This document shows, in pieces, positions 50,836-64,000 of a stretch of 64,000 nucleotides of DNA. Made by a program: the position numbers and the translations under genes. Position 1 is the stretch's first letter. Each line of letters opens with the position of its first letter. The stretch is from Callorhinchus milii. Lineage: Eukaryota. Under the pieces are notes generated by a model. The model did not search any database. It worked only from the letters and a program-made list of their open reading frames with translations, and was not told where the DNA came from. Location of the stretch: contig NW_024704742.1 in NCBI RefSeq assembly GCF_018977255.1, positions 39,372,001-39,436,000 on the forward strand, given 5' to 3'.

Positions 50836-51861
50836 TGGTCAATCAATGGAGCAAAACAAAACTAATCTTATGTTTCCTCCCTTAAAATATGTCCTTCTCA
50901 TTGTCACCTCGGTTATTTACAGACACCTTGGGAGGGGGTGATGCTCTGATCATCAGTAGATTTAGCAATCTTGACAGTTTAATGAGACTGTCATCTTATA
51001 TGATCATCATAAAATAATAATATTGTGTTTCTATTGTGTTTTCGTCTTGCTGATCTATAACCTTGGCTTAAGTTGGAAATGATGAGTACCAGTTCCTTGA
51101 CGAAGCCAAAAGAAGATGTATTTGAGCAGTGCTTAAAGGGATATCCTTTTTAGTATTCCCTCTGTCCTACAAACAATCCATCCAAGATTGGCAAAGAACA
51201 TTCTGCGTCAGAAGCCTCAGTGCACCTGTCAGTTAAGATTAGCATTGAAAGCTTGGAATTTCACAAGACCCTGTCAACACACATAAATAGCTTAATTCAA
51301 ACATGAATAGAGTGTTAAATGACTGATTACATCCAAGTACTGGTCATATTTAATTTAGCAAAACGATATGCAGTGAAACATGCAAAAGACAAAATAAAGT
51401 CTCACCACTTTTCTTTCTAGAAATTATATTGCTGCATCTGCGCTCTGGACTACTCATATAAATTTAATCAACAAATTCCAATTCGAGGTTTGCTTGAAAG
51501 GTGTGATCAATATTTTGATTTGATAGCAATTACTTGTTCATATTGATATTATCTAGCCTCTTGAGTTTGGAACCTTGTTTGGGAAAATTTACAGTTACTT
51601 TGATCAATGTAGGAAAACTATTATGAAGGTAATTGGAAGAAATGTAGCAATGGTGTATGATAATCAGGGGGTAATTGATACTTGAATGTTAGTTACATAA
51701 TTTATACATAAAATGATTAACAACTGGAATTAGTTCAACAGGATGAATGGTGGTTGAGGCCAGTCGACTGAAATCAAAAATAAATAGTTTGAAAAATAAA
51801 CAAAAAGCAATGGGGAGATGGTAGGCCTGGTATTCTGGAAACGTGAGATCAAATGGCCTCA

Positions 51862-52200
51862 GCAACAACAAAATTATATTACTATAGCGCCTTTCAGGTC
51901 AGGAGGACGTTCCAAGGTGCTGGACAGTCAGTGTTTCAGACCCGAGCAGGGAGTCGGGATCAGGAAGGATGGAGTGCGGGAGTGGGAAAGAGGGTGATCG
52001 AAGGCACGGTCGAAGAGGAGGGTCTTGAGACATGTCTTGAAGGAGGCATAGGGGGGAGAGGTGAAAGGACTGCAGGATGGAGTTCCCGAGACTGGGGGCA
52101 GAGTGGCTGAAGGCCCGCCCACCCGCCAATGGTGGGTCGGGTGATGTGGGAGACGTGAAGCATGCCATAGCCCCCTAAGCGGAATGAGCGGGCAGGTCAT
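51862..52200 (-). mobile_element. L2 3' fragment
   Basis: Peptides GGRAFSHSAP and ASFKTCLKTLLFDRAF; stem-loop. Confidence 0.9.
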
Positions 52201-52294
52201 CTGTCACCTGAAGGTTTCTTATCAGGTTTGCAATTTTTTTTATTTTCTAACATTACAGAAATCAAATAAATTCTAGGTATGTACACTAGGTTCT

Positions 52295-52594
52295 GGAAGC
52301 CTGTAGCTCAGTGGTTAGAGCACTCGCTTTGCAAGCGAGAGACCTGGGTTCGATTCCTGGTGAAACCTTGGGCAAGTTTCCTTACTCCACACGCCTGATA
52401 ATAATCCCTCAAAAAAAGTATTGGTCACTTCAATCCACGATTGTTTGTGGGACACTGCTGTGTGCAATTGGCTGCCGCAATTCGCCCACAAAATATGCAG
52501 TCAATTCCACTTTACAGTATATTCGGTGAAGCGCTTTGAGACGTCCAGAAGACGTGAAAAGCGTTATATCAAATGCAAGGATTATTATTATTAT
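52295..52594 (+). mobile_element. Full-length young tRNA-Ala SINE (short form)
   Basis: Head with B box ggttcgattcc; taggtt(t)ct on both sides as a probable TSD. Confidence 0.93.
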
Positions 52595-54339
52595 AGGTTT
52601 CTACTCTCAAGCCTAACATCTTCCTTGCTTTTGCATAGATATTTTAGTTCTCGTATTATAAAATCGATAATTATATCAATTGATTCAGAGATGTGATAAT
52701 TACCTGTAGCGCTTAAAAAACAATAATCTACAGTTAATTATGAACATAACAGTATATATTGTGTGACTCCTTCCACAATATGCTGGAAAATGAATCCATA
52801 AAATAAAGAGAATACTGAATCATTGACAATATGTTACAACTTTTGTTCTTTGTTCATTCCCCTCCATATAGGCCAACAAGCTAAATGGAAAACTCTGAGG
52901 GAGGCCAGTCTCTCTCAGAATCAGAGATAGAAACACATGATACATTTTTTGCTGTACAACATAAAACTGTCACATAGATGTTCCCCATTCTATTTCATTC
53001 ATTATCATTAGCTGTTGTGTTGCATCTGCTCCATTGCAAGAGAAACGATTGTTAATTTAACTTATTTCAGCTCATTTTGGCTAAAATGAAGAAATGTACT
53101 GTAAAAATGCTTCTGCAAAAATATTGTTTCGATGTAACATTTTAGACTCAAATCTTATGCCTTTTTAAGTGCTCTTCGAATTCTTCATCACCAGTACCTT
53201 CCTTTCGGGCACAGTTTTACCGTGTTCATATTTCACCTTGTTTTGCAGAAAGGAATAAAGTACAGAGGCTTTCAAAAGCTTTCTTAACTCATTCGTCCTT
53301 AGACCAGCAGCAGTTTCAGGGAACCACTGCTTCTTGTTCTAGCCTGATATGTGCGATTTCCACTCATACACCAAGGTGTTGAAAATGCACCAATATTACA
53401 GTGGTAGGTAAAGCAACAACGATGTCAAGATTTGTTTATGACTGAAATTCTGGGCTAATGTTTGCAGCGTTTCATAATGTGTCCCTTATGCTAACACAAA
53501 GTAACACAAGAACAATAACTTGCATTTATATAGTGCAGCTCACGTAGTGTAGGGTCCCAGAGCACAAATGAGATTCCACAACATTACATAGAATTATAGC
53601 AAGGAAACATGCCATATGGCTCAAACATCATTTTACTGGGACAAACAAGTAAAGTATTAAAGTTTTACTTTTGCTCGGTCTCTTTCTACTTATTCCTTCT
53701 CTTTCGGATTTTTGGTTTCAACCTCTATTTTTTATTTATTTATAAATAATGGACTATTTCTGAATGTTTCTACATTAAAAAAAAGTGTAACATTTATCTA
53801 GTGTCCTCTGTCACCATGCAGGGAATCACGGTGTGTCAAGTATTGACTAAATACCATCTCCAAAGGCCATTTTGTCAGACAGGCAAACTCCAGGATATTG
53901 TAATTTGACCTCATGACATTAGTGCAGGACCAGGTCAAATGCTTGAAGTGTTTTTCTGAGCGTGACATTGAACTGTTTGTTTCAATATCTTGTTAGCGGC
54001 CTGAAGGAGCAGGTGCTGTCGAAATGAGATATCCAGGAGAACATAAAATCCTGGAAACTTAAAAAAAATGCTGCAAATACACATTGAGTGGGGTCAGCAA
54101 CTGAAAGAGAAAGATGAGTTAATATTTTGGGTGAGGTTCTTCATCTAGGATAATCTAGGGTAACTGGGCCAAACAACCCCCCACCACCCCCAGCATCTAG
54201 CACTTCTGAGAGTAATCCAAAAATACATTTAATTTGCTAATAATATTTTATTTAAAACATTTCATTTAATAATAATAATCCTTGTATTTGATATAGCACC
54301 TCATCACAATATCTTAATATGCTTCAAAGGTTATAGTCC

Positions 54340-55113
54340 CAGGTGTCCTTCCTGCCTTACACATGATTCCTGACCAAGACTACTTTCCTCCACCTCAGCC
54401 AATCGCCTGGCTCCAACCATACTTCACTCCCAACATAGCTGAAACTTTTATCCATGCATTTATCACCTACCGCCTCAATTTTTCCTATACCTTCTTCACC
54501 AGTCTCCCCAGCTCAATAATTCATAAAATCCAATTAACTCAAAATTCCACCAACCTGTATCCTCAGCCATACCAAACTCTGCACCTCGCATCATCCCAGT
54601 CCTTGCCAGCTCCACTGACTCTCTATTGCAGAATGGATTGATTTCAAGATCCTCACACTCAAGTACAAATCACTTCATGCTCTGACAATTCTCTATCTCT
54701 ATGACCTGCTTATACTCCACTCCTCTTCCTTCACTCAGCTGGCTCCAGTCTCCTGCATGTCCCTTATCCCTTCCGCTCCACCATCCGCAGCCGTGCTTTC
54801 AGTCATTATGCCCCGTAACTCTGGAACTCTGCCTCAATCCCTCCACCTTGCTCCCTCTTTGCCAGTCTTCAAATCACACCTGAAGACCTCTCTCTCCAAA
54901 CGTGCTTGTAGTAACCTCCCCTCTCTCACTGGCTCAGCGCCAAACTCTGCCACCTGAAGTGACAGCTGAAGTGCTCTGAGATGCATACAGCAAATTAGCT
55001 TTTCCTTCAGAGGATGATTTGATCCTTGGCTCGGGGTCAGACTCACCACTGTCCAGTGCTCCAAGATGCTACCTCACGTGAAGGGCGCTATCTATATAAA
55101 TGCGGCTTGTTGT
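54340..55113 (+). mobile_element. Old L2 3' fragment
   Basis: Peptides IAETFIHAFITYRL, IHKIQLTQN and FKSHLKTSL; tail cacgtgaagggcgcta. Confidence 0.85.
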
Positions 55114-55149
55114 TTCAAGAACTTCTCCAAGCACAATAAGTATTGCCAA

Positions 55150-55450
55150 GTAATCCACCTCTGCTGAAGGAAAGAAATCTCATGCAGGATTCTACAGTCA
55201 GGAACCATCCTCTGCTTCCTTGGCACCCCTCCCCTCTCCCAACCTGGTTATTTTTGATGTGAGAACCCAGACACTGTGTGTAGTCAGTTTGTGGGAGCAA
55301 CACAGCCAGTAGGAATCATCTTCTTCTCTCATTTAACTGAAGCCACCACTTATATCTCCACTCCTGTTCGAACAGTCTAATTATAACAGAGCAGTGATCA
55401 AACATGGCACCCTGGTAATCCATATAACACAGTACCATACCATGTTTATG
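55150..55450 (-). mobile_element. LF-SINE-like relic
   Basis: gatcaaacatggcaccctgg..acagtaccatacc resembles the reverse of the LF-SINE head; body is similar to 23720-23960. Confidence 0.45.
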
Positions 55451-57903
55451 CACCAATCAGTACTTTGTTAGAACAACTGTCATGGCTTTTAAACTCTTCT
55501 TCTCGCCATACAATAATACAATAATCCTTATAATAATAGTCCTTGCATTTAGTATAATGCATTTCATGTTAGGTGGATTATGATTTGTAGACAATATAAT
55601 AATAATACTTGCATTTGACATAGTGCTTTATCACGTCTTCGAGACGTCTCAAAACGCTTCACTGAATATAAATTGTGAGATACATTCCATTTCTTTCCTC
55701 TTTTGTTCAATAATGTAGTTACGTGCTTCAAACTAACTTTTATTCACAGTTAATTTACACCAAGGAGTATCATAGCAAAGCATTCAATTATTTTCAGAAG
55801 TGACTATAGAAGTCAGACTGGTAACACATAAAGTTTTTATTTTCTCAATGTGGAGCAACATTTTGCCATGCAAATCAAAAAGTCTTACTAAATAATCACT
55901 TAATATACAGCATTTATTTATTATTTAACAAAACAACAACGCAATTGCAATGGCTCTGTGCTTGATTTGGCTGCATTAAGTTTCTAACTGCACACATCAA
56001 AATGTTTTAAACTGCACAGGACTATTTGGGTAAAGGATCGATCAGGACTGGGATTCCTGCTGTTCATTCTGGAGACTCATTATAGGGTGGATCTCCTGTC
56101 CTGGAGATAGTGAATCCGACAGCTTGGCTATTGAACGGATAGACTGAGGTCTCAAGATGAGAATATTCAGGTCATACAGGCTATTGTGGCTCGCCTGCAG
56201 AGCTTTGTCTCAGACTTTCTACAAGCAGCTGCAGCAGGTTATAAGCTGATTCATTGATAAGCACCTTAAAACCTTCTCCTGTGAGGAAACACTGGCTCTG
56301 ACCTATCTCTATCAGGTGTTGAACAGAAGATATATGCCTAGTGCCCGAGGTGACTATTTCTGGTTTTGTTCACAATGTACAAGAGAAGTCAGATCATCTT
56401 GTTTCTAGGTTTGTGAAAAATAAATTACTTCCTGTCTTTGCCCTCACTCTCAGAAATAAATAAATCGATCGCTCTTTTCGTTCGTCATGTCCTGTTGTAT
56501 AATTTCAGATAATCTTCCTTTATGTTCTATAGAGTTGAAATTGTGGATGACTATGATAACCTTTTAGCTTTTTCTATTGACATCCAGTCAAAGCTCCCTG
56601 TTTTATATGACAATAGCACATTTCAAAATTCTTTAACCCCTTCCCATCAAGTTGTCTGCCTTTTATTTTCTTCCAACAAGTATTGGAAGAGAATAAAAGG
56701 CAGACAACTGGATATTATGTTATAATAATAATTATCCTTGCATTTGGTATAGCACCTTTCACTTCAGGAGAATATCTTCAAAAAGAGGCATTTCACCTAC
56801 AAAATACAGTCAATCCACTTTACAGTATATTCGTGAAGCACTTTGAGATGTCTCAATGACATGGTAATCGGCCATATCAAATGCAAAGATTATTATTATT
56901 ATTATCTCATAGCTCTTCACAGGATTTATTGTAAAGTGTAGTGACTATGTGTTCGCAAGCAAGTATGGCAGCCAATCTGCACACAGCCATGAAGTGAATG
57001 ACCGATTTTATTTGGGGGATCAGTGGCCAAGAAAACTGGGAGAGACTCCATTTACTTTTTGAATGTTGGAGTAGAGTTCCAATGGTGCTCGCAGCCTCTC
57101 TCCCCCTTCCACCCCCACTGTCGTTTGACAATATTTGGGCCCAAAGAATTCAGCACTTCATTGTTTTTTTCTGTTCATACAGAAAAATTATTTATATTGT
57201 CTCAGCTAAAGTGCCTGTGTATTTCGTGGTGAGCAGTAGAATACTACAGTAGTTAAATGGGAGTGATCTACTTTTACTTACCTTTGATGAACAAATTGTG
57301 AGGGATGCTAAATGATATATGCCATGACCAATATTCTATATATACTACTGTTGTAGAGAGGTAAGCAGGGAATGCATTTGACTTCTGCAAGCATGCAAAT
57401 AAAGTAAACACACAGCTTGCATGCGGCACCTGCATGGATCAGTAGAACTTTCAATTAAACTGTTATTTTAATAACATATTTACCACGAAAATAGTATGCA
57501 CAGTGAAGCAGACTTGATAACCCATTTATACCTGCAGTGCTTGATTATTTATTGTGAGATTCAGTATCAAGAGGATGTTTTCCACTTCCTTCATTTATAT
57601 AAAATATATTAATATTGTTTCAACAGTGGAGGGCTTAATTGCTTTTTGTAAATGAACTATACCCATGATATTATGTTTGTTATGACCAAGGAGTTCGGTT
57701 TATGAATTAATATAAGTTTTTATTTAAATTCCTTCAAATATGATAAAATTCCACTCACAGGTTCATTGTTGCTGCTGAAATAACAAATTATCCTCAATCC
57801 AGTAAATAACAAAACAAAGTTGAATGTGACATAAATTCTAAAAACATTGCAATACTATATCTAAATATTATAGCAGATTGCCAGGAACTGCACCCATTTT
57901 TTG

Positions 57904-58291
57904 CTGGTTAGCCAGATGTCTGACACATGCAGAAACCCATCACCTGCTTAAGAGTATTGAAATCAAACTAAGAGTTCCATGTATCCCACCTGCACGTGAC
58001 AATTCCCCCCGTGTTTGGTTTGTGGTGAAACATGCCCTGAAGTTCTGCGGGCCTGCCTGCTTACTGAGACCGACACAGAGGATTAACTTGATTTCGACAT
58101 GCCGTTGCAAAGCATGTCACATTGATACCACTTTAACCCCAAGGATTTCTACTTACCTCCCACCTCCAAGGTTATTTGGTTATTTGATGCCTGACAAGCA
58201 TGGGTTTGAGTTCTCACTAGGTGGATACCATGTACCAGGAACTCCCTGCAAGCTTCCAGATGAGCAACCCAGCTCAACAGGAAATGCACAA
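57904..58291 (+). repeat. Family X fragment 7 (left and right parts, internal deletion)
   Basis: tggttagccagatgtctgacacatgcagaaacc at the left; acaagcatgggtttgagttctcactaggtgga at the right matches 11990-12020 reversed. Confidence 0.75.
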
Positions 58292-58512
58292 GAGTATTGA
58301 CACCATCCTCCTGCCCACAGCTCAGACGCATATCCCCAGCCATTGAGAAATCACTATTAGAGACTCCGAGTTGGTAACAGTAGCTTGCATTGCACCATGG
58401 GTGAGCCCCAGAAGCTATATCTAGCAATTCAGAGTGAGGATCTCAAGAGTCATCTGTGATATTCTACCAATTACTGGTAGGATTCCGCGTTAGAAACTTG
58501 GAGTCACTGTTA

Positions 58513-58844
58513 TTAATAATAATAATAATAATAATAATAATCCTTGCATTTGATATAACGCTTTTCATGTCAGGAGGACGTCTCAAAGCGCTTCACAGAA
58601 CACACTGTAAAGTGAATTGACTGTATATTTGTGGGCGAACGCGGCAGCCAATTGTGCACAGTAATGTCCCACAAACAGTCATGGATTGAAAATGACCAAT
58701 TTTTATTATTGGTTTTGGTTTTGGAGGGTTTATTATTAGGTGTGTGGAATAAGGAAACTTGCCCAAGGTTTCGCCCTGCCTGGAATTAAACTTGGGTCTC
58801 TCACTTGCAAAGCGAGTGCTCTAACCACTGAGCTACAGGACTCC
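58513..58844 (-). mobile_element. Full-length young tRNA-Ala SINE (short form, L2-type loop)
   Basis: Close match to 10981-11306; long (TAA)n tail. Confidence 0.93.
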
Positions 58845-59790
58845 ACGTGTAAATCCCATTACAAATCACTATTTTTCAGACTTTAATATGATTCAGTCAT
58901 AGCAATGGATTTATAATCTCCTTCCGGCACTAGAAATAAAAATAAACATGATTGCAGTACAGTATATCCATGTACTGTTCCCACTCGCTGCTGTGTACCA
59001 AACAAGGACAGTTTCAATGTGTTTTGAAGTTGTGAACACTTTGTAATGAAAAGCATTTTTATGGTTCCTTTATTAAATTGACATATTTTGCTCTTGAGAA
59101 GCCCGTAATTAGAAATTTATCTCTGACTTTTGTGTGTTTTACGTTCATACTGTCCTCTGTTGTATTTTAGGAAAGGGAGACATTTGCATAGAGGCTGGAG
59201 AAAACAAGAACACTTTGGGAATACAGTATTTCAATCAAAGGATTTTCATATTTTGATACCTACTAAAAAGAACAATTTCCAACAAGAAATGAAAGCTATG
59301 TTTAAATAAAACATTGAAAGGAAGATCATTAATTAACAAGCAGGTCTTTTCCCTTGTTATTTATTTTCAAACAACCTTTCATTGTTGTGCATGTAGCAAT
59401 TAATATCATGTCAGAAATATTCTGTGCTGCACAATTCTGTACATCATTTTCAATGCCACAAACACAAGTGTAATTTATTCATTTCTTTTTTCCCAACAGG
59501 GGCAACTTCTATTTGAGACTCTGGTTGGTAACCGTAACCCTCCCTGTAACTTGCATTGCTATTTCTAAAAATTCAGTTTATCTTATCTAAAATATTTAAT
59601 ATTTTATATGGATTGGATTTTTTTTTTGAAAAATTTGCCATTCACTTCACAGCTGCTTGTGGGACATTCTCCTGTGCATGCAATAGCTGCCATTTTTGTC
59701 TACAAATATGCAGGCATTACACTTGACAGCAAACTCTGTGAAAGGACTTTGAGATAAGGCACTATATCAAATGCAAGGATGATTGTTATA

Positions 59791-59999
59791 CAGTCAAACC
59801 TGTTCAAGCAATCACCTCCATTCAGCAATCACCCCCTGTTAACAACCACCCTGGAAAGCCCAGACAACTGGTTCACACGCCAACAAACCCTTACCCAGAG
59901 GCCACCCTTATATAAAGACCATTTTGGCCCAGTTCCCTGAGCGGTGGTTGAAATGGGCTGTCTTGTTCACCTACAACTGTATATTATACAGTTTGACTG
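59791..59999. mobile_element. Tc1/mariner (pogo/Tigger-like) MITE
   Basis: TA|CAGTCAAAC...GTTTGACTG|TA: terminal inverted repeats with TA target duplication; 209 bp; no ORF. Confidence 0.8.
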
Positions 60000-60107
60000 T
60001 ATATTATAAGATTTCACTGGAGATACTTAAATTAAGGATTTTGCTGACTGAAATATCATAATATTGACGTGTTAACATTGATTTTATTTTGTAACTTTTA
60101 TGCATGT

Positions 60108-60468
60108 TATAATAATAATAATTCAATTTGATATATTGCCTTACCATGTTGTCGAAATGTCTCAAAGTGCTTCACTGTAAAGTGTAGTGACTGTGTGCTT
60201 TTGGCAGCCCATTTGTACATAACAATATTCCACAAACAGCTGTGAAGTGAATGCCATTTCTTTATCTGGCCCATTGTTAGTCAGATCAGTGGGAGAAACT
60301 GTTCTCTTTTCAAGTAGTCCCATGGGATCTTTAACATCCACATTAACATTCCCCAACATTGCATTAAAGTTTCAGCCAAGACTGTGGATTCAAAGTCATG
60401 ACATGACACTTGAACCCACAACCTCTGACTCAGAGGCAAGAGTGCTACCAAATACACCAAGCTCACAC
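60108..60468 (-). mobile_element. Old SacSINE1-like SINE
   Basis: cccatgggatctttaacatccac..tgaacccacaacctctgactcagaggcaagagtgctacc. Confidence 0.78.
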
Positions 60469-61859
60469 CTGTTGTGGTCTCAAGTTCTCATACACAAGGA
60501 CAATAAGCTATAGTCTCTTTTTACGCTTGATTCTCTCTTTCTTTGTTACATTTTCCTCCAGCCTCACTTCCTTTCCTATAAGGAGCAGAGATAAAAAGAA
60601 AATCTATGAATGTAGGAAAACCAAAATAAAACAGTGAGCGCATTATAATTGATTAAAAACTTCTTGAACTCATATTGTGCCTTTCACAAAGGATAATGTG
60701 TCAGAATGACTCAGGGTTTCAAAAGGAAAAGTACATTCAGATTTTGTTGTAAGCTTTTGTCACAACTGGAATCCTCATGCAGAAGAAAGCTTTTTATAAA
60801 AGGCTTCTAACTGTTACAGCTTTCATAAAGGTTTACGCCCAAAATATTATGTTGGATTTCTGTTTCCTCTATTGATTGACCTGGGTGTGTCTTTCCTTCT
60901 TTAGCTATTTTATGTTTAGTGTATGTTGCTTTTAGTCAAACCCAATATGCAGTTTCCATTTTGCAGAACCATGAATCAAAGCTTTAAAAGGCAGTAATTA
61001 AAACACTGAGTTTTTTTTAAACCAACAAGAACTGACCTTTTGGGATATTGACCTGGTTATGAAAACTAGCAAAAGTTCCTCCGACACTGTTTTTCTGATA
61101 TAAATTCAAGGAAATTCGCAGGATGAGAGATGGTATTGATGACCTATTGGTTGTTGCAGTAAAACACGCTTCTTATTTTCAGGTTTTTGATACTTGAATC
61201 ACAGGAACAAGAAAAGAGAACTGAGATCACATGGCTCATAGTGGCATTGTTTTGCTCTATGTTCAAACCCCAGATGGACTTTCATCTTCTGCTGCTGTGG
61301 GGCACAACTTACAGCACTCTACATCCTGCTGATTCTAGAATATATCTGCATTGGCTTTTTCTCAGTATGTGCTCACTGTGCTAGAGGCAGTCGATTCTAT
61401 ACATCAACATTGGATCATTGTGTGAAATATGCAGATAAAGAAAATAGTCCATAGGGAACTTGCATGCTCTCACATTGCGAACAATACCGCAGAATACTAA
61501 CTTCAAAAATGCGCTCACTAAATGTGATCAATGCAACTGAACATCCACAAAATACACAGTCGATCCACTTTACAGTATGTCCTAGGAAGAGGTTTGAGAT
61601 GTCTTGACAACATAATAAACCACTATATCACATGCAAGGATTATTATTATTATTATAAGAACAATTTCCATTTTTTAAGTGGTCTTTATGTAAGATTACA
61701 TCTCAGAGCACTCTGCAGTGATAGTGTTGGAGCAAGCAAGAAATTCATGGTGACCTTAATTTCTCAAGGTATAAAGGGAAACTGTGCAAAAATTAAATTA
61801 ACCACACATGTTTACTAATTTAAAGTCATTCTTAAATAAATAAAGAGAGTGATTCTGTA

Positions 61860-62225
61860 TACCCAATACCCTGTCCTTTAGCCATACTACTTTTTTACCT
61901 CTACTAGCTAATATTGGGTCAGCTCACTGTTAAACATACTGCTTGATTCTACCTACACAGCTTTCTGGGGCAGAGCTTTCTACATCTTACATCATCTTTC
62001 TGCGTGAAGAAATACTTCCTGACTTCAGTTCTAACTGCTGTGCTTCTGATTTAAACTTATGCCACATTTGCAATAGATTTTCCCTCTACAAAAGGGAAGA
62101 GTCATTTATAATCTGTCAATTCCTTTTATTATTTTATATACCTCAATCAAATCACCCCTTAACCTACACTTCTCTAAAGAATATAATCCCAGTCTACCAT
62201 TCCTCTCAAACCCAGCATCCCATTT
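61860..62225 (-). mobile_element. Old CR1 3' fragment
   Basis: ctgcgtgaagaaatacttcctgac..tttatatacctcaatcaaatcaccccttaaccta..tctctaaagaatataatcccag. Confidence 0.7.
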
Positions 62226-62227
62226 GT

Positions 62228-62533
62228 GGAGTCCTGTAGCTCAGTGGTTAGAGCACTCGCCTTGCAAGCGAGACACCTGGGTTCAATTCCAGACAGGCTG
62301 AAACCTTGGACAAGTTTCCTTCTCCACACACCTAATAATAATCCCTCCAAAACAAAACAATAATAAATTGGTCATTTTCAATTTGTGGGACACTGCTGTG
62401 CGCAATTGGCTGCTGAGTTTCGTCCACAAATACATGGTCAATTCACTTTAGTCTATTCTGTGAAGCGCTTTGAGACGTCGAAAAGATGTGAAAAGCTCTA
62501 TATCAAATGCAAGGATTATTTATTATTATTATT
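62228..62533 (+). mobile_element. Full-length young tRNA-Ala SINE (short form)
   Basis: Head ggagtcctgtagctcagtggttagagcactcgccttgcaagcgag, core with a small deletion, (TTA)n tail. Confidence 0.93.
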
Positions 62534-62790
62534 TATCTTATTGGCTGCTTTCTGCACCTGAAAATTAGATTTTAATGTACAACTGAATATGAACAAGTTT
62601 TTAATGCTTGGTTCAATCTATAACATTCTCGCCTCAGGTCATAAAGTTGTAGCCTCCCTGCCACACTTTTATGTCTTTCACAGTAAAATCCTGTGAAGAT
62701 GTCTCAACAACATGATAAGGCACTATATCAAATATAAGACTTATATTATTATCATTATCATTGTTATTTATTGCACTGCATTGTTGGAGG

Positions 62791-63125
62791 TTCGCCCACA
62801 AATATATGGTCAATTCACTTTATGGCATATTCTGTGAAGCGCTTTGAGACGTCTAGAAGAGGTGAAAAGCGCTATATCAAATGCAAGGATTATTATTATC
62901 ATTATTATTATTTATAAACTGCATTGTTGTAGGTGCTGGCAATTGGCTGAGACATCAATCCGAGATTCCGTTGCCTGTTGAAGTGGATATTAAAGATCCT
63001 TTGGCACTATTCTGACAGAGAAAGGAGTTTCTCCCCACCAAAAATCCTGGCCAAAAATACTTCAGATAAATTGATCACCCACCTCCTTTATAGGACTTTA
63101 CCACATGCAAAATGGCTGTCACAAT
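62791..63125 (+). mobile_element. Young SINE 3' fragment (62791-62912) nested in an old SacSINE1-like copy
   Basis: tgcattgttg occurs before (~62777) and after (~62920) the SINE tail; the old SINE body continues gtggatattaaagatcc. Confidence 0.7.
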
Positions 63126-64000
63126 TTTTTTTTTAACTCACCACAATTCCTGATGCTGGCGATACTGGAGAAGCTTGTTTGATGAATGACTTTATTTCTC
63201 TGATGAGTATATCTGTTTCTGGAATTTTATTGTTCTTGCTCAAGTTTGTTACTGAACTCAAGGGAGGGCTAATGTGGCCAGTATCTCATCCTATGACTGT
63301 CCTGGGAAACTGGCGACTATAGTGACACCACGTAAAGTCACTACATTCGACAGAAATTACCTTTGAAGCCAAATTTTAAATTAAGTAAATAGTCTCCTAT
63401 TTATTTCACTTCAAACTGAAAACGTTCTAAAAATAGAAACACTTTATATTCTCTGGCACATTGCATATATCACACCTAAATTGATATGCACTGTTTGACT
63501 CTCATCTAATCAAGTTCAATAAAAAAATCTGATCTGGTTGCTTGTGATATTGTAAGAAGTGCACTCATTGGTTCTGCTCACAGACAATCTACCACTCAAT
63601 AAAGAATTAGCAATTTCTACTTCAATTTCAACCACTGACTGACCATGGGAGACATTGCCTTAATAGTTGCACACTTTTATCTGTATTATTACTATTTGCA
63701 GCATAACGATATTACACTGACAATGTGTGGTTTGCAGTATGCAGTCAAACATTACACCTTATAAAGTTTGTGATTTAACCCGGGAGGTGCGATTGCAGTG
63801 AAAGGCATGTGAAGAATTCTCTAAACAGAAACATGGAAGCAAAGAAACGTTTGCCATTAATTTTCATCAGTATTCCTTTGTTCATAACAACATTCTCAAA
63901 CCTGCTTGAAAATGAAAGAAAGGGGAAGGCGGAGGTCTACAAGGTTATCTAAAGAGTATTGCAGGGTTGATGTGAGAGAATTGAATGTCCTATCCTCGAG

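Noticed and set aside
54060..54150. Penelope-type repeat with a hammerhead remnant
   Set aside because: Only faint resemblance from memory; the catalytic core is not intact
59171..59527. + strand exon candidates after tattttag (59170) and cccaacag (59499)
   Set aside because: Good acceptors, but absent or weak donors and no coherent peptide

Overview
Eukaryotic, AT-rich, repeat-dense, mostly non-coding DNA (intronic or intergenic). The repeat inventory points to a cartilaginous fish, probably a holocephalan (chimaera or elephant shark); this is inferred from recalled consensus sequences, not from a search. I recognised no host protein-coding gene. The window holds: (1) young L2-clade LINE copies, one with an uninterrupted reverse-transcriptase frame (33972-35815), plus many older L2 fragments; (2) degraded CR1 LINEs; (3) a young tRNA-Ala(TGC)-headed SINE with a Deu-like core and L2-type tail, in long and short (about 62 bp shorter) forms; (4) older SacSINE1-like and LF-SINE-like relics; (5) a TA-flanked pogo/Tigger-like MITE; (6) seven fragments of a repeat I cannot classify. 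The best leads are a co-varying 3' stem-loop shared by the LINE and SINE (two SINE copies carry the LINE's loop), the long/short SINE split, the unclassified family, a 119-bp inverted duplication with junction microhomology, and weak splice-site evidence for host transcripts. I found no convincing wholly new biological system. Boundaries of old repeats are approximate.
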